A stretch of 64,000 bases of DNA. It comes from an uncultured Gemmatimonadaceae bacterium. GTDB taxonomy: Bacteria > Gemmatimonadota > Gemmatimonadetes > Gemmatimonadales > Gemmatimonadaceae. Shown here piece by piece: positions 13,841-23,980 of the stretch (positions within the stretch are counted from its first letter, which is position 1; every line of letters begins with the position of its first letter). The DNA lies in contig CAWJMB010000002.1 of assembly GCA_963843845.1 (NCBI GenBank), positions 2,592,001-2,656,000 on the forward strand, read 5' to 3'. A program made the position numbers and the translations under genes. The notes under the pieces are model-generated. The model was not told the origin of the DNA, ran no database searches, and saw only the letters and a program-made list of their open reading frames with translations.

Positions 13841-15517
13841 CTACGTGAGCTCGAACAGTGCGTCGAGGGCGGGGAGCGGGGCCGGGACGTCGCGACGGGC
13901 GTGCGGCGGGTCGAGGCAACGGTGCAGCTCCTCGATGTCCGTGACACCGCGCGCGGCGTGGTCGAGAGCACACTCCCACAGCGAGCGCATGCCGGACGCG
14001 CGCGCCGCGTCGCCGATGCTCGATGCGCCGTCGCCGCGGGTGATCCGACGCGCGAGCTCGGCGTCGCACGCGAGGAGCTCGACGGCGGCGACGCGGCCGC
14101 GGTAGCCACTCCCGTCGCACCGCGGGCATGCTGCCTGTCCGCTCGGCGGCTCGGCTCGCTGGCAGGCGTCGCAGAGGCGGCGCAGGAGCCGCTGCGCGAC
14201 GACGCCGCGGAGCGCCGCCGCGAGCTTGAAGGGCTCGACGCCGAGGTCCGCGAGGCGCGCCACGGCGCTCGGCGCGTCGACGGTGTGGAGCGTCGAGAGC
14301 ACGAGATGGCCCGTGAGCGCGGCCTGCGCGGCGATCGACGCGGTCTCGCGATCGCGGATCTCGCCGACGAGGATGACGTCGGGGTCCTGGCGCAGGATCG
14401 AGCGCAGCGCGGCCGCGAACGTGAGGCCGGTGCGCTCGTTCACCTGGACCTGCGCGATGCCGGGGAGTCGGTATTCGACCGGGTCCTCGACCGTGACGAC
14501 GTTGACGCCGCGCTGCTGCACGTGGCGGAGTGCGGCATAGAGCGTCGTCGTCTTGCCGGAGCCGGTCGGACCGGTGACGAGGATCAGCCCCTCGCGCGCG
14601 CTCGAGCAGGGCGTGCAGTCGCGCGGCGTCAGCTGCAACGAGCCCCAACGTGTCGAGGCCGAGCGACGTCTTGCGCGCGTCGAGCACGCGGAGCACGACC
14701 TTCTCGCCCTGCGACGCCGGCAGCGTCGAGACACGGAGGTCGAGCGGGCGGCCGTCGACAGTGACGTGCGCGCGGCCGTCCTGCGGACGCATGCGGTCGG
14801 CGATGTCGAGCCCCGCCATGATCTTGATGCGCGACACGACGGCCGCCCCGGCGTCGCGTGCGAAGGTCCCGCCGTCGCGCAGCACGCCGTCGATCCGGAA
14901 GCGCACGGCGACGCCGGCGTCGCTGCATTCGAGGTGCAGGTCGCTCGCCCCCCCCGCACGCCGCGCGCGACGATCTCGTCGACGAGCATGACGGTCGTTC
15001 GTGTCTCCTCGCGCGCCGTCGGCGCCGGCGCCGGCCGCTGCGCCTGCTCGGGGACGCCCGGGTGGGCGCGATCGACCCCGCTCTCACGGATCGCGTCGCG
15101 ATACAGCGCGTCGATCCCCGCGATGACCACGCTCGGCGGCGCGACGGCGAGGCGCACGCGCCGGCCGCTTCCCGCCGCGATCGCGCGCTCGGCGTCCGCA
15201 TCGCCGGGCGTGGCAGTGGCGAGCGTGAGCACGGTCTCGGAGGCGCGGAGCGGGAGCACCCCGAGCCGCCGCGCGAGGTACTCGGGGACGAGGCGGCGGA
15301 GCGCGGGGTCGAGCGTGCCGACGACAGCGACGCCGATGCCGAAGTGTCGCGCGATCCGCGACGACAGCGCCCGGTCGTCGCAGTCGAGCGCGCGGCAGGC
15401 AGCGTACCAGAGCGAGTCGCCGCCCGCGCGCCGGTCGAGCGCATCGAGCGCGTCGCGCCCGACGACGAGCCGGAGCACGGCGTGGAGGCGGTCGTCCGGT
15501 GTCGGCGCAGTCGACAT
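13841..15517 (-). CDS. GspE/PilB-family secretion ATPase (two compensating frameshifts near 14950 and 14600-14640)
   Basis: [44 protein letters not shown], CxxC pairs; RFRIDG...PQDGR segment in another frame. Confidence 0.85.
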   Translation of the reverse strand: MSTAPTPDDRLHAVLRLVVGRDALDALDRRAGGDSLWYAACRALDCDDRALSSRIARHFGIGVAVVGTLDPALRRLVPEYLARRLGVLPLRASETVLTLATATPGDADAERAIAAGSGRRVRLAVAPPSVVIAGIDALYRDAIRESGVDRAHPGVPEQAQRPAPAPTAREETRTTVMLVDEIVARGVRGGRATCTSNAATPASPCASGSTACCATAGPSHATPGRPSCRASRSWRGSTSPTACVRRTAARTSLSTAARSTSVSRRCRRRRARRSCSACSTRARRRSASTRWGSLQLTPRDCTPCSSAREGLILVTGPTGSGKTTTLYAALRHVQQRGVNVVTVEDPVEYRLPGIAQVQVNERTGLTFAAALRSILRQDPDVILVGEIRDRETASIAAQAALTGHLVLSTLHTVDAPSAVARLADLGVEPFKLAAALRGVVAQRLLRRLCDACQRAEPPSGQAACPRCDGSGYRGRVAAVELLACDAELARRITRGDGASSIGDAARASGMRSLWECALDHAARGVTDIEELHRCLDPPHARRDVPAPLPALDALFELT

Positions 15518-15591
15518 GCGACGACGGTAGGCGGCGTCGCCCCGGCAGTCCGTACCGAGGCGACGCGCCCGACGGCAAACGGTTGCAGCCC

Positions 15592-17730
15592 CTACAGGAT
15601 GCGCCAGAACTCCCGCGTCACGTCGAACGAGAACATCCACCGACCGTCGCGGAGCCCTCGGGCGACGTCGACACGCAGCACGTCGTAGAAGACATACGCC
15701 CCGAGGCCGAGTGCCGGGAACCAGCCGCCGCTCGTGCGGCGGGACCGGCCGGCCTGCGATGGCCGCGCGACGTACACAGTGTGGGCGAAGGGCGCGAGCG
15801 TGGCCGCGGCAGGCGTCCGGCCGTACTGGCCCAGCGGGATCGACACGAACGGAACCGGCTGGCGCAGCTCCACGCGCTGGGATGCCGCGAAGCGCGCCGC
15901 GAACTCGTGGAACCCATAGCCGGGTCCGGTCACCGGACCACCGAGGTAGATCAGGTCCTGCTGGGGCACCGGCGATAGGCCCGGCGCCGCGCTGCCGACC
16001 GCCGTCGAGCCACCGCGCGCGCCCGTGACGACGCCGAGCGTGGTGTGCGACACGAGCCGCCGATCACCGAACGGACGCTCCACGCGAGCGCCGAGCGCGA
16101 GCCTCGCCACCGCGCCGCACGCCGCGTCGTCGCACCCGAGTCGTCCGCCGCGCGCCGACCAGAGCGCACCGCGCGCCTGCGCTCGCGCGCCCCAGTCTGC
16201 GCCGAGCGGCCCCGGCATCAGCGGCCGCTCGGCGCCCAACGACAGCCGCAGGGCGTCGAGCGACCGTGCCGCGATCGTAGGCTCGTAGCGGCCGTTGAAG
16301 GGCGATGCGTTCACGCGGAGGGACCCCTGTCGCTCGAGCGAGAGCTCCGCGGCCGGCCGGAACCCGAGCCACGCTGGTGCGCCGTCGACGCCGAGCGAGA
16401 CGCCGCGCGTGTCGAAGGGGTCGGTGTAGTCGCTGCCGAACTCCTGGGCGGCGAGTGTGTTGCGGACGAGCGACACCTCGGGCTCGTCGCCTGCCTCTCG
16501 GTAGTCGCGGAACACCGTGAGGCGCGCCGTGGCACCGCTGGCCCACTCGCGCTGGAGCGCGACGCGCAGCTTGGCGTCCTCGTCGTCGAACCCGTAGCGC
16601 GCCCGCGTCGCGACGCTCACGCCGCCGCCGAGTCGCAGCAGATAGCCGGCGCCCAGCGCGAGTCCCTCGACGCGGTTGACGCGTGCGAAGTCGGAGACCG
16701 ACCGCGCCGAGATCGTCCTGCCGCGCGCGCGCGCGAGCACATCGCGTCGTACCAGCCGCTGCGCCTCGAGCTGCACGCGTCGAACGTCGTCGTCGGAGAC
16801 CATGCGGACGTCGGCGGGGAGCGAGTCGAGCACGCGGCCGGCGAACGGGTAGGCGCGTCGCGCCGCGAGGGGGAGGAACTCGAGCGCCGGCCCGGCGAAC
16901 GTCTGCGGCGGGAGCTCGAGGTTCACCGCGTACTCGCCAATCTCCCAGCGCGCGCGGATGATGCCGTGCGCCGGAAAGTCGAGGAACGTGCCCGAGCGGC
17001 GCACCTCGACCTCCTGCCGCCGCGGCAGCCAGAAGCGACCCTGCACGAGCGCATTCTCGAGCACGATCGCGACGCTCTCGTTGCGCCTGTCGAGGTACGA
17101 GGTGCGCGTGAACGTGAACGCCATCCTGACGACCTGCGCGTCGTCGCGATCGACGAAGAGCGAGCCGACGAAGCGTGGCCGCGTCCCGTCTTTCGGGCGG
17201 ACCTGGACCTCGATGACCGAGAGCGTGTTGCCGCCGACGCGAATCTGCAGCGAGTCGCGGACGGCGAAGTCGTAGGCCGCGAGCCCGGCGCCGGACAGCG
17301 GATGCGGCACGTCCGCGACGTCGTTGCCGTTCCCGACGCGGATGATCTCGGGGAAGTTGTTCTGCACGATGCCGAAGCGATCGCGGTAGAACTCGTTGTC
17401 GGTCGGAAGCAGCGTCGTGTCGCGTTCGCCGACGACGCGCTGCTTGCTGACGTTCGGCGCCTTCCAGTACACCTCGGTGGCGATCTGCGTCGCCTGGATG
17501 ACGCGCGGCAGCTCGATCTCGCCGAGCTGGCCGAGGAAGGTGAGATAGCCGCGCGCCGTCGCCCGATAATCGTGCAGCGCCGTGTCGGCGAGTTGCGTCA
17601 CGCGTCGCGTCGTCGCACGCGCCGCGAGCTCGAGTGCCTGCGGCGCGTTCCACGCGCGCGGGTCGGTCGCCGACTGCGCGTGCGCGCGCGCGCCGAGTGT
17701 CATCAGCAGAGCAAGTACAAGTCGCCGCAT
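15592..17730 (-). CDS. Large exported outer-membrane protein (beta-barrel-like C-terminus)
   Basis: Signal peptide [15 protein letters not shown] motif; C-terminal [20 protein letters not shown]. Confidence 0.75.
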   Translation of the reverse strand: MRRLVLALLMTLGARAHAQSATDPRAWNAPQALELAARATTRRVTQLADTALHDYRATARGYLTFLGQLGEIELPRVIQATQIATEVYWKAPNVSKQRVVGERDTTLLPTDNEFYRDRFGIVQNNFPEIIRVGNGNDVADVPHPLSGAGLAAYDFAVRDSLQIRVGGNTLSVIEVQVRPKDGTRPRFVGSLFVDRDDAQVVRMAFTFTRTSYLDRRNESVAIVLENALVQGRFWLPRRQEVEVRRSGTFLDFPAHGIIRARWEIGEYAVNLELPPQTFAGPALEFLPLAARRAYPFAGRVLDSLPADVRMVSDDDVRRVQLEAQRLVRRDVLARARGRTISARSVSDFARVNRVEGLALGAGYLLRLGGGVSVATRARYGFDDEDAKLRVALQREWASGATARLTVFRDYREAGDEPEVSLVRNTLAAQEFGSDYTDPFDTRGVSLGVDGAPAWLGFRPAAELSLERQGSLRVNASPFNGRYEPTIAARSLDALRLSLGAERPLMPGPLGADWGARAQARGALWSARGGRLGCDDAACGAVARLALGARVERPFGDRRLVSHTTLGVVTGARGGSTAVGSAAPGLSPVPQQDLIYLGGPVTGPGYGFHEFAARFAASQRVELRQPVPFVSIPLGQYGRTPAAATLAPFAHTVYVARPSQAGRSRRTSGGWFPALGLGAYVFYDVLRVDVARGLRDGRWMFSFDVTREFWRIL

Positions 17731-17772
17731 GCGCGAAGTCTACCGAGCGACGGGGGCGAATACATTTCGCGC

Positions 17773-19317
17773 ATGCATTCGTTCGACGACTTCCGCGCAC
17801 TCGTCACCGCGTCGACCGCCGAGTGCCCGGCCGGCGGCTCGCTCGTGCCGGTGTGGGCCGACATGCTGCTCGACACGGACACGCCGGTGAGCGCGTTCGC
17901 GAAGCTGCGGCGCGGGCCGTTCGCGTTCCTGCTCGAGAGCGCGCCGGCCGGCGGCGAGACCTGGGCGCGCTATACGTACCTCGGCACCGAGCCGCGCGCG
18001 GCGTGGCGGCTCACCGACGGCGTGGTCGACGAGTGGACGGCGGAACGCGGCTGGCACGGCGCACGCACGCCTGCCGACCCGATCGCCGACCTGCAGCGCC
18101 TCCTCGTCGCCCGACGCCCGATCGACGTGCCCGCGCTCGGCCCGTTCTGGAGCGGCGCGGTCGGGTACTTCGGGTACGACATCGTGCGCCACATCGAGCG
18201 GCTGCCGTCGCCGCCGCCGCGCACGATCGCCGCGCCGGATGCGCTCTTTCTGTTCACCGACGCCCTCGTCGTCATCGACAACCTGCGCGCGCAGGCGCGC
18301 GTCGTCGTCGGGGTGCCGGTCGGCGAGCGCGAGCGCGGCGACGAGCGCGCCCTGCACGCGGCGTGGGAGGGCGCGCAGCGAACGATCGGCGAGACGATCG
18401 CGCGGCTGCGCACGCCGCAACCGCTCGCGCCGCTCGACCTCGACCCGAGCGCGCCGCCCGCGACCGGAGAGATCGGCTACCAGCGCGACGACTACCTGCG
18501 CGACGTCGAGCGGATCAAGGAATACATCCGCGCCGGCGACGCCTTTCAGGTGCTGCTCGCGCGACGGATGCGGGTCCCGCACGACTTCGCGAGCGAGTCG
18601 CTCTATCGTGCCCTGCGCGCGATCAACCCGTCGCCGTACATGTTCCATCTCGTCCTCGACGGTGTGGAGCTCGTCGGCTCGTCGCCCGAGTTGCTGGTGC
18701 GCGTCGCCGACGGCCGCGCGACGGTGCGCCCGATCGCCGGCACCCGTCCGCGCGGCGCGACGCCCGCGGAGGACGACGCGATGGAGGCCGACCTGCTGGC
18801 CGACGAGAAGGAACGCGCGGAGCACCTGATGCTCGTCGACCTCGGGCGCAACGACGTGGGGCGCGTCGCGCGCTACGGGTCGGTCGACGTCACGAGTCTC
18901 ATGCACGTCGAGCGCTACTCGCACGTGCTGCACATCGTGAGTCAGGTCGAGGGCACGCTCGTCGACGGCGCGTCGGCGCTCGACGCATTCCGGGCGACGT
19001 TCCCCGCAGGAACGATGACCGGCGCGCCGAAGGTCCGCGCGATGGAGATCATCGACGAGCTCGAGCCGGAGCGACGCGGGCCGTACTCCGGCGCGGTCGG
19101 CTACATCGCGGCGGGTGACGAGCGGATGGACCTCGCGATCACGATCCGCACATGCGTCATCGCCGACGGCGTCGCGAACGTGCAGGCCGGGGGCGGCATC
19201 GTCTACGACTCCGATCCGGTCAAAGAGTGGGAGGAGACGGAGAACAAGGCGCGTGCGATGCTGACGGCGATCGGCCGCGTGCGCGCGCCATCGCGGACGA
19301 CCGATCGGGGGGCGTAG
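17773..19317 (+). CDS. trpE: Anthranilate synthase component I
   Basis: DTDTPVSAF, FLLESA, NPSPYM, PIAGTRPRG, EHLMLVDLGRND, GAPKVRAMEII. Confidence 0.93.
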   Translation: MHSFDDFRALVTASTAECPAGGSLVPVWADMLLDTDTPVSAFAKLRRGPFAFLLESAPAGGETWARYTYLGTEPRAAWRLTDGVVDEWTAERGWHGARTPADPIADLQRLLVARRPIDVPALGPFWSGAVGYFGYDIVRHIERLPSPPPRTIAAPDALFLFTDALVVIDNLRAQARVVVGVPVGERERGDERALHAAWEGAQRTIGETIARLRTPQPLAPLDLDPSAPPATGEIGYQRDDYLRDVERIKEYIRAGDAFQVLLARRMRVPHDFASESLYRALRAINPSPYMFHLVLDGVELVGSSPELLVRVADGRATVRPIAGTRPRGATPAEDDAMEADLLADEKERAEHLMLVDLGRNDVGRVARYGSVDVTSLMHVERYSHVLHIVSQVEGTLVDGASALDAFRATFPAGTMTGAPKVRAMEIIDELEPERRGPYSGAVGYIAAGDERMDLAITIRTCVIADGVANVQAGGGIVYDSDPVKEWEETENKARAMLTAIGRVRAPSRTTDRGA

Positions 19318-19326
19318 ATTCGTCGG

Positions 19327-21150
19327 ATGACGCTCGCGCTCGTCGACTTCTCGGGCCGCCCGATCGCCGCGCTTCCCGCCGGGTCGCGGATCGTCGTCGG
19401 GCGCGCGGCCGAGTGCGAGGTGACGCTGACCGATCCGACGATCTCCCGCCGTCACGCCGAGCTGCGCGGCGACGACGACGTGCTCACGGTGCGCGACCTC
19501 GGGTCGCGCAACGGCACGTTCCGGAACGGGCAGCGGATCGACGCGGCACAGTTGCGCGCCGGCGACGCGGTGACGTTCGGCGGGTTGACGCTGCGGGTCG
19601 CGGCCGCGCCGCCGCCGGCGCTCGCCCCGGCGGCAGTCGCCCCGGCGGCAGTCGCCCCGGCGCCCGCGGCGCCGTCGATCGCCGCGGCACCACCGTCGGC
19701 CCTGCCGCCCGCGCCGTCGAGCGATGACGCGGCGCAGTGGTACGCGGCCGCGGCGCAGGAGCAGTCGCTCCGAGCGGAGGGAGCGGCGGTCGGTGCGGCG
19801 CCGCCGGCTCCGGCACTCGAGGCGGACGAGCCGGCGCCCGACGCACCGGCACCGCACCGCTCGATCGAGGAGGCGCCGAACGCGGTCGCCGACGCCGAGC
19901 CGTCGCCGGTCGAGCAGCAGCCGACGCCCGACGACGAACCGCTGTCGATCGTCGCCGAGCTGGGCGACGCGACGCCCGGGCACGAGATGGCTGCGCGCAA
20001 GCTCGCGCTCCTGCTCGACGTGGCGAAGCGGCTGGGCACGGCGACGGATCCCGCCGTCCTGCTGGAGCGTGTCGTCAGCTCCGCGTTCGAGACGCTCGAG
20101 GCGGACCGCGCGGTCATCCTGCTGGCCGAGGCGGACGGCACGCTCCGGCCGGCCGTCGCGCGCGATCGGTGGGGCGCCGATCTCGTCGCGAACGAGGCCG
20201 CGCGCGCCGTGCCGCGGTCGATCGCGAACGCCGCGATCGAACGGCGCGCTGCGCTGCTCTCCATGAACGCCGCCGTCGACCCGCGGTTCGGCGGGCAGTC
20301 GATCATGCAGCAGCGTGTGCGTTCCGCGATGTGCGCGCCGCTCCTCGGCTCCGAGGCGGTACCGTTAGGCGTGCTGTACGTCGACAGCGGCGCGCCAGGC
20401 CACAGCTTCGAGCCGGCGGATCTCGACTTCCTCGCTGCGTTCGCCGGCATCACCGCCGCCGCGCTCGAGACGGCGCGACTCGCCGAGCGCCTGCGGCGGG
20501 AGGCGGTCGCGCGCGGCAACTTCGAGCGCTACTTCGCGCCGAACGTCGCGGCGCGCATCGCGCAGTCGAACGAGGTCGTGCGGCCCGGAGGCGAGCGACG
20601 TCACGTCACGGTGCTGTTCGGCGACCTGCGCGGCTTCACGCGCTTCGCCGCCGGCGCGTCCCCCGACGCGGTCGCAGCGACCGTGAGCGAGTTCCTCAGC
20701 GCGATGGTCGACTGCGTGTTCCGCCATGGCGGCACGCTCGACAAGTTCATCGGCGACGCGGTCATGGCGCAGTGGGGCGCGCCCGAGGGCGACGCGAACG
20801 ACGCCGACCGCGCGATGTGCGCTGCGCTCGACATGCTCGATGCGCTCGACACGCTGAACCTGCGGTGGCAGCGCGAGGGGCGCGAGTCGCTCGCGATGGG
20901 AATCGGCATGGCGTACGGCGAAGTGTTCGCCGGCAACATCGGCTCCGAGCGCCGCCTCGAGTTCACCGTCCTCGGCGACGCGGTCAACCTGGCGAGCCGG
21001 CTGTGCGACGCGGCCGGTCCGAACGTGATTCTCGTCGGCGACTCGCTGCGCAGTGCCCTCCACGCCCCCCCGCCGATGCGCGCAGGCACCGAGCCGGTCG
21101 CCGACGCCGGTGACGCGCCGATCTGGGTCGTCGCGCGGCGCACGAGCTGA
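19327..21150 (+). CDS. FHA-GAF-class III adenylate cyclase
   Basis: FHA (GR...ISRRHA...DLGSRNGT), Pro/Ala linker, GAF, catalytic DLRGFT, DKFIGDAVMA, TVLGDAVNLASRL. Confidence 0.9.
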   Translation: MTLALVDFSGRPIAALPAGSRIVVGRAAECEVTLTDPTISRRHAELRGDDDVLTVRDLGSRNGTFRNGQRIDAAQLRAGDAVTFGGLTLRVAAAPPPALAPAAVAPAAVAPAPAAPSIAAAPPSALPPAPSSDDAAQWYAAAAQEQSLRAEGAAVGAAPPAPALEADEPAPDAPAPHRSIEEAPNAVADAEPSPVEQQPTPDDEPLSIVAELGDATPGHEMAARKLALLLDVAKRLGTATDPAVLLERVVSSAFETLEADRAVILLAEADGTLRPAVARDRWGADLVANEAARAVPRSIANAAIERRAALLSMNAAVDPRFGGQSIMQQRVRSAMCAPLLGSEAVPLGVLYVDSGAPGHSFEPADLDFLAAFAGITAAALETARLAERLRREAVARGNFERYFAPNVAARIAQSNEVVRPGGERRHVTVLFGDLRGFTRFAAGASPDAVAATVSEFLSAMVDCVFRHGGTLDKFIGDAVMAQWGAPEGDANDADRAMCAALDMLDALDTLNLRWQREGRESLAMGIGMAYGEVFAGNIGSERRLEFTVLGDAVNLASRLCDAAGPNVILVGDSLRSALHAPPPMRAGTEPVADAGDAPIWVVARRTS

Positions 21151-21879
21151 GTGGTGGCGGTCGCGCCGCCCGGCTACGTGTCGATCGCCGTCGGTCGTGC
21201 GAACGCCGTGTGCGTGAGCCGCTGCGAGCGCGCCGTGCGGGAAGCGTTGGGCACCGGGACGTTGCACCAGTGGGCCGGCGCACGAGCCGATCGACGCGCG
21301 CTCCACGGGCGAGGCGTCGCGTGGGCCGTCACGCTACCAGACGGCGTGACGCGGGTGGTCGTGCGCCACAGCCGTCACGGGGGCGCGCTCGCGCGCGTGA
21401 CCGGCGACCGGTTCCTCGCGCCGACGCGCGCGCCGCACGAGCTGGCGACGTCGGTCGCCCTGCGAACAGCGGGCGTTCGCACGCCGGAGGTCGTCGCGAC
21501 CGTCGTCTACATGGCCGGCCCATTCCTCCCCCTGCTCCGACGCGCGGACGTCGCGACGCGGCTGGTGCCGAACGCTCGCGACCTCGCCGAGGTCATCGCC
21601 GAGGACGGTGGCCGGGCGGCCTGGGTGCCGGCAGTGGTCGATCTGCTGCGCGCGCTCGCGGACGCCGGCGCGCGCCACGCGGACCTCAACCTGAAGAACA
21701 TCCTCATCGCCCCGGAGGGCGCGTGGGCGCTCGACGTCGACGTCGTCGCGTTAGGCACCCCGCCCGCCGAGGCCGCACGCCGCAACGCCGCGCGTCTCGC
21801 GCGGTCGCTCGAGAAGTGGCGCGGGCGGCGTGGGCTGCCGGTGTCCGACGACGCGTTGCAGGCGATCCGTGCCGCCTGA
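21151..21879 (+). CDS. Kdo kinase/lipopolysaccharide kinase family protein
   Basis: VRHSRHGG, HADLNLKNIL kinase motif, RLARSLEK; adjacent to a GT9 gene. Confidence 0.75.
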   Translation: MVAVAPPGYVSIAVGRANAVCVSRCERAVREALGTGTLHQWAGARADRRALHGRGVAWAVTLPDGVTRVVVRHSRHGGALARVTGDRFLAPTRAPHELATSVALRTAGVRTPEVVATVVYMAGPFLPLLRRADVATRLVPNARDLAEVIAEDGGRAAWVPAVVDLLRALADAGARHADLNLKNILIAPEGAWALDVDVVALGTPPAEAARRNAARLARSLEKWRGRRGLPVSDDALQAIRAA

Positions 21880-22939
21880 GTCGCGCCGTCTCGCGGCGCC
21901 ATACGCGCACGTGCCGCTCGACCGGGTCTGCATCGTCATGATGAGCGCCGTCGGTGACGTCGTTCACGTGCTCCCGGTGCTCTCCGCGCTGAAAGAGGCG
22001 CACCCTGCGATGCACGTCACGTGGGTCCTGCAGCCCGGACCGGCGACGCTCGTGCGCGGCCACCCGCTGGTCGACGAGATCGTGCTCTTCGATCGGAGCG
22101 CGGGTGTGCGTGGCTTCGCCGAGGTCCGACGCGAGCTGCGCGCGCGCGGCCCGTTCGACCTCTGCCTCGACTTGCAGGTCTACTTCAAGGCCGGGCTCAT
22201 CACGTCGTTCGTTCCGGCGCGCGTCACGCTCGGCTTCGACCGCGCGCGGGCGCGCGACTTCAACTGGCTGTTCACGAACGCGAAGATTCCCCCGCACGCG
22301 ATGCAGCACGTCCAGGATCAGTATTTCGAGTTCGTCGACGCCCTGGGCGTTCCGCGTGGCGAGCCGGCGTGGCACGTCGGGCCATGGCCGGAGGAACGGG
22401 CGTGGCAGCGCGAGTTCCTCGCGCCGATCGCGCGCCCGGTCGCATCGATCGTCGTCGCGACGAGCAAGGCCCAGAAGGACTGGCTTCCGGAGCGGTGGGC
22501 CGCCGTCTGCGACGCGCTGTACGCGGACTTCGGCGTGCAGCCCGTCCTCGTCGGCGGCCGCTCGCCGCGGGAGATGGCCGCCGAGTCGGTCATTCGGCGC
22601 GCGGCGCGCGTGCCGGTCGTGTCCGCGTTGGGCAGTGGGCTGCGTCGCCTCGTCGCGATCCTCGACGGGTCGGCGCTCGTGCTGTCGCCAGACACGGGTC
22701 CGCTGCACATCTCGGTCGCGCTGAACCGACCGGTCGTGAGCCTGATCGGTTACTCGAATCCGAAGCGGGTCGGGCCGTACCGTCGGTTTCACGACCTCAT
22801 GATCGACGCGTACGGCGAGGCCGGTGAGGACTACCCGATCTCGATGGCCAATCGGCTCGACCGCATGCCGCGGATCACGGTCGACGACGTGCTCGACCGG
22901 GTCGAGCGCTGGCACGCGCGCTATCGCGACGACCGGTAG
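21869..22939 (+). CDS. Glycosyltransferase family 9 (LPS heptosyltransferase-like)
   Basis: SAVGDVVH, DLQVYFKAG, KDWLPERW, SPDTGPLH motifs. Confidence 0.9.
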   Translation: MPPESRRLAAPYAHVPLDRVCIVMMSAVGDVVHVLPVLSALKEAHPAMHVTWVLQPGPATLVRGHPLVDEIVLFDRSAGVRGFAEVRRELRARGPFDLCLDLQVYFKAGLITSFVPARVTLGFDRARARDFNWLFTNAKIPPHAMQHVQDQYFEFVDALGVPRGEPAWHVGPWPEERAWQREFLAPIARPVASIVVATSKAQKDWLPERWAAVCDALYADFGVQPVLVGGRSPREMAAESVIRRAARVPVVSALGSGLRRLVAILDGSALVLSPDTGPLHISVALNRPVVSLIGYSNPKRVGPYRRFHDLMIDAYGEAGEDYPISMANRLDRMPRITVDDVLDRVERWHARYRDDR

Positions 22940-23541
22940 CCGCTCGCGATCGTCGGCGCCCCGAATCGGTACGGCACGCCGACCTCGCCGAGCAGCCGCA
23001 CGAGGGTGACGAGCGGGAGCCCCATCACCGCGAAATAGTCGCCGTCGATCCGCTCGACGATCGTCGCGCCGTACCCCTGAATGCCATACGAGCCTGCCTT
23101 GTCCATCGGCTCGCCGGTATCGACGTACGCCGCGATCTCGTCGTCGCGCAGCGCGCGGAACGTGACCGCGACGTCGACGACCGCGGAACGCACATCCGCT
23201 CCGCGCGCGACGGCGACCGCCGTGTGCACGACGTGCGTTCGTCCGCTCAGCCGCCGCAGCACGCGTCGCGCGTCGTCCGCGTCGACCGGCTTGCCGAGGA
23301 TGAGATCGTCGATGACGACCGTCGTGTCGGATCCGATGACGACCGCGTCGGGGAGGGCGCTCGAGATGGCGGCGGCCTTCGCGCGCGCGAGCCGCTCGGT
23401 GTAGGCGATCGGCGCCTCCCCAGCGAACGGCGTCTCGTCGACGTCGGCGGGCATCACCGTGTGCGGAATGCCGACGAGCGAGAGCAGCTCGCGGCGACGC
23501 GGCGACTGCGAGGCGAGGACGACCTGTGCCGACGGGCTCAC
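22921..23541 (-). CDS. maf: Maf family nucleoside triphosphate pyrophosphatase
   Basis: LASQSPRRRELL, IGSDT, ILGKP, DKAGSYGIQG. Confidence 0.93.
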   Translation of the reverse strand: MSPSAQVVLASQSPRRRELLSLVGIPHTVMPADVDETPFAGEAPIAYTERLARAKAAAISSALPDAVVIGSDTTVVIDDLILGKPVDADDARRVLRRLSGRTHVVHTAVAVARGADVRSAVVDVAVTFRALRDDEIAAYVDTGEPMDKAGSYGIQGYGATIVERIDGDYFAVMGLPLVTLVRLLGEVGVPYRFGAPTIASGYRSSR

Positions 23542-23975
23542 CGCTCGAGCCACAGCGTCACGGGTCCATCGTTCACGAGCTCGACGTGCATCGTCGCGCC
23601 GAACTCCCCGGTCTCGACGACGGCGCCGCGTGCGCGCAGCGAGGCGACGAAGCGCTCGTACAGCGGGACCGCGATCTCCGGCCGCGCCGCGTCGATGAAG
23701 CTCGGTCGCTTTCCCTTCCGGGCGTCGCCGTAGAGGGTGAACTGCGACACGACGAGCAGCGCGCCGCCCGCCTCGCCCAACGACAGGTTCATCTTCCCCT
23801 CGGCGTCGGCGAACAGCCGCAGACCGATGACTTTGTCCGCCATCCACTCGACCGCGTCCGCGGTGTCGGCGCCGGTGAAGCCGACGAGCACCAGGTAGCC
23901 GCGCGCGATGCGTCCGATCGTCCGCGCCTCGACGCGCACCTCGGCGCGCGACACGCGCTGCACGAGCACGCGCAC
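23538..23975 (-). CDS. dtd: D-aminoacyl-tRNA deacylase
   Basis: VQRVSRA, VSQFTL, NDGPVT motifs. Confidence 0.95.
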   Translation of the reverse strand: MRVLVQRVSRAEVRVEARTIGRIARGYLVLVGFTGADTADAVEWMADKVIGLRLFADAEGKMNLSLGEAGGALLVVSQFTLYGDARKGKRPSFIDAARPEIAVPLYERFVASLRARGAVVETGEFGATMHVELVNDGPVTLWLER

Positions 23976-23980
23976 GGTCC

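Noticed and set aside
19622..19666. 3 x 15-bp repeat in the adenylate cyclase gene
   Set aside because: Ordinary Pro/Ala linker expansion (APAAV repeats).
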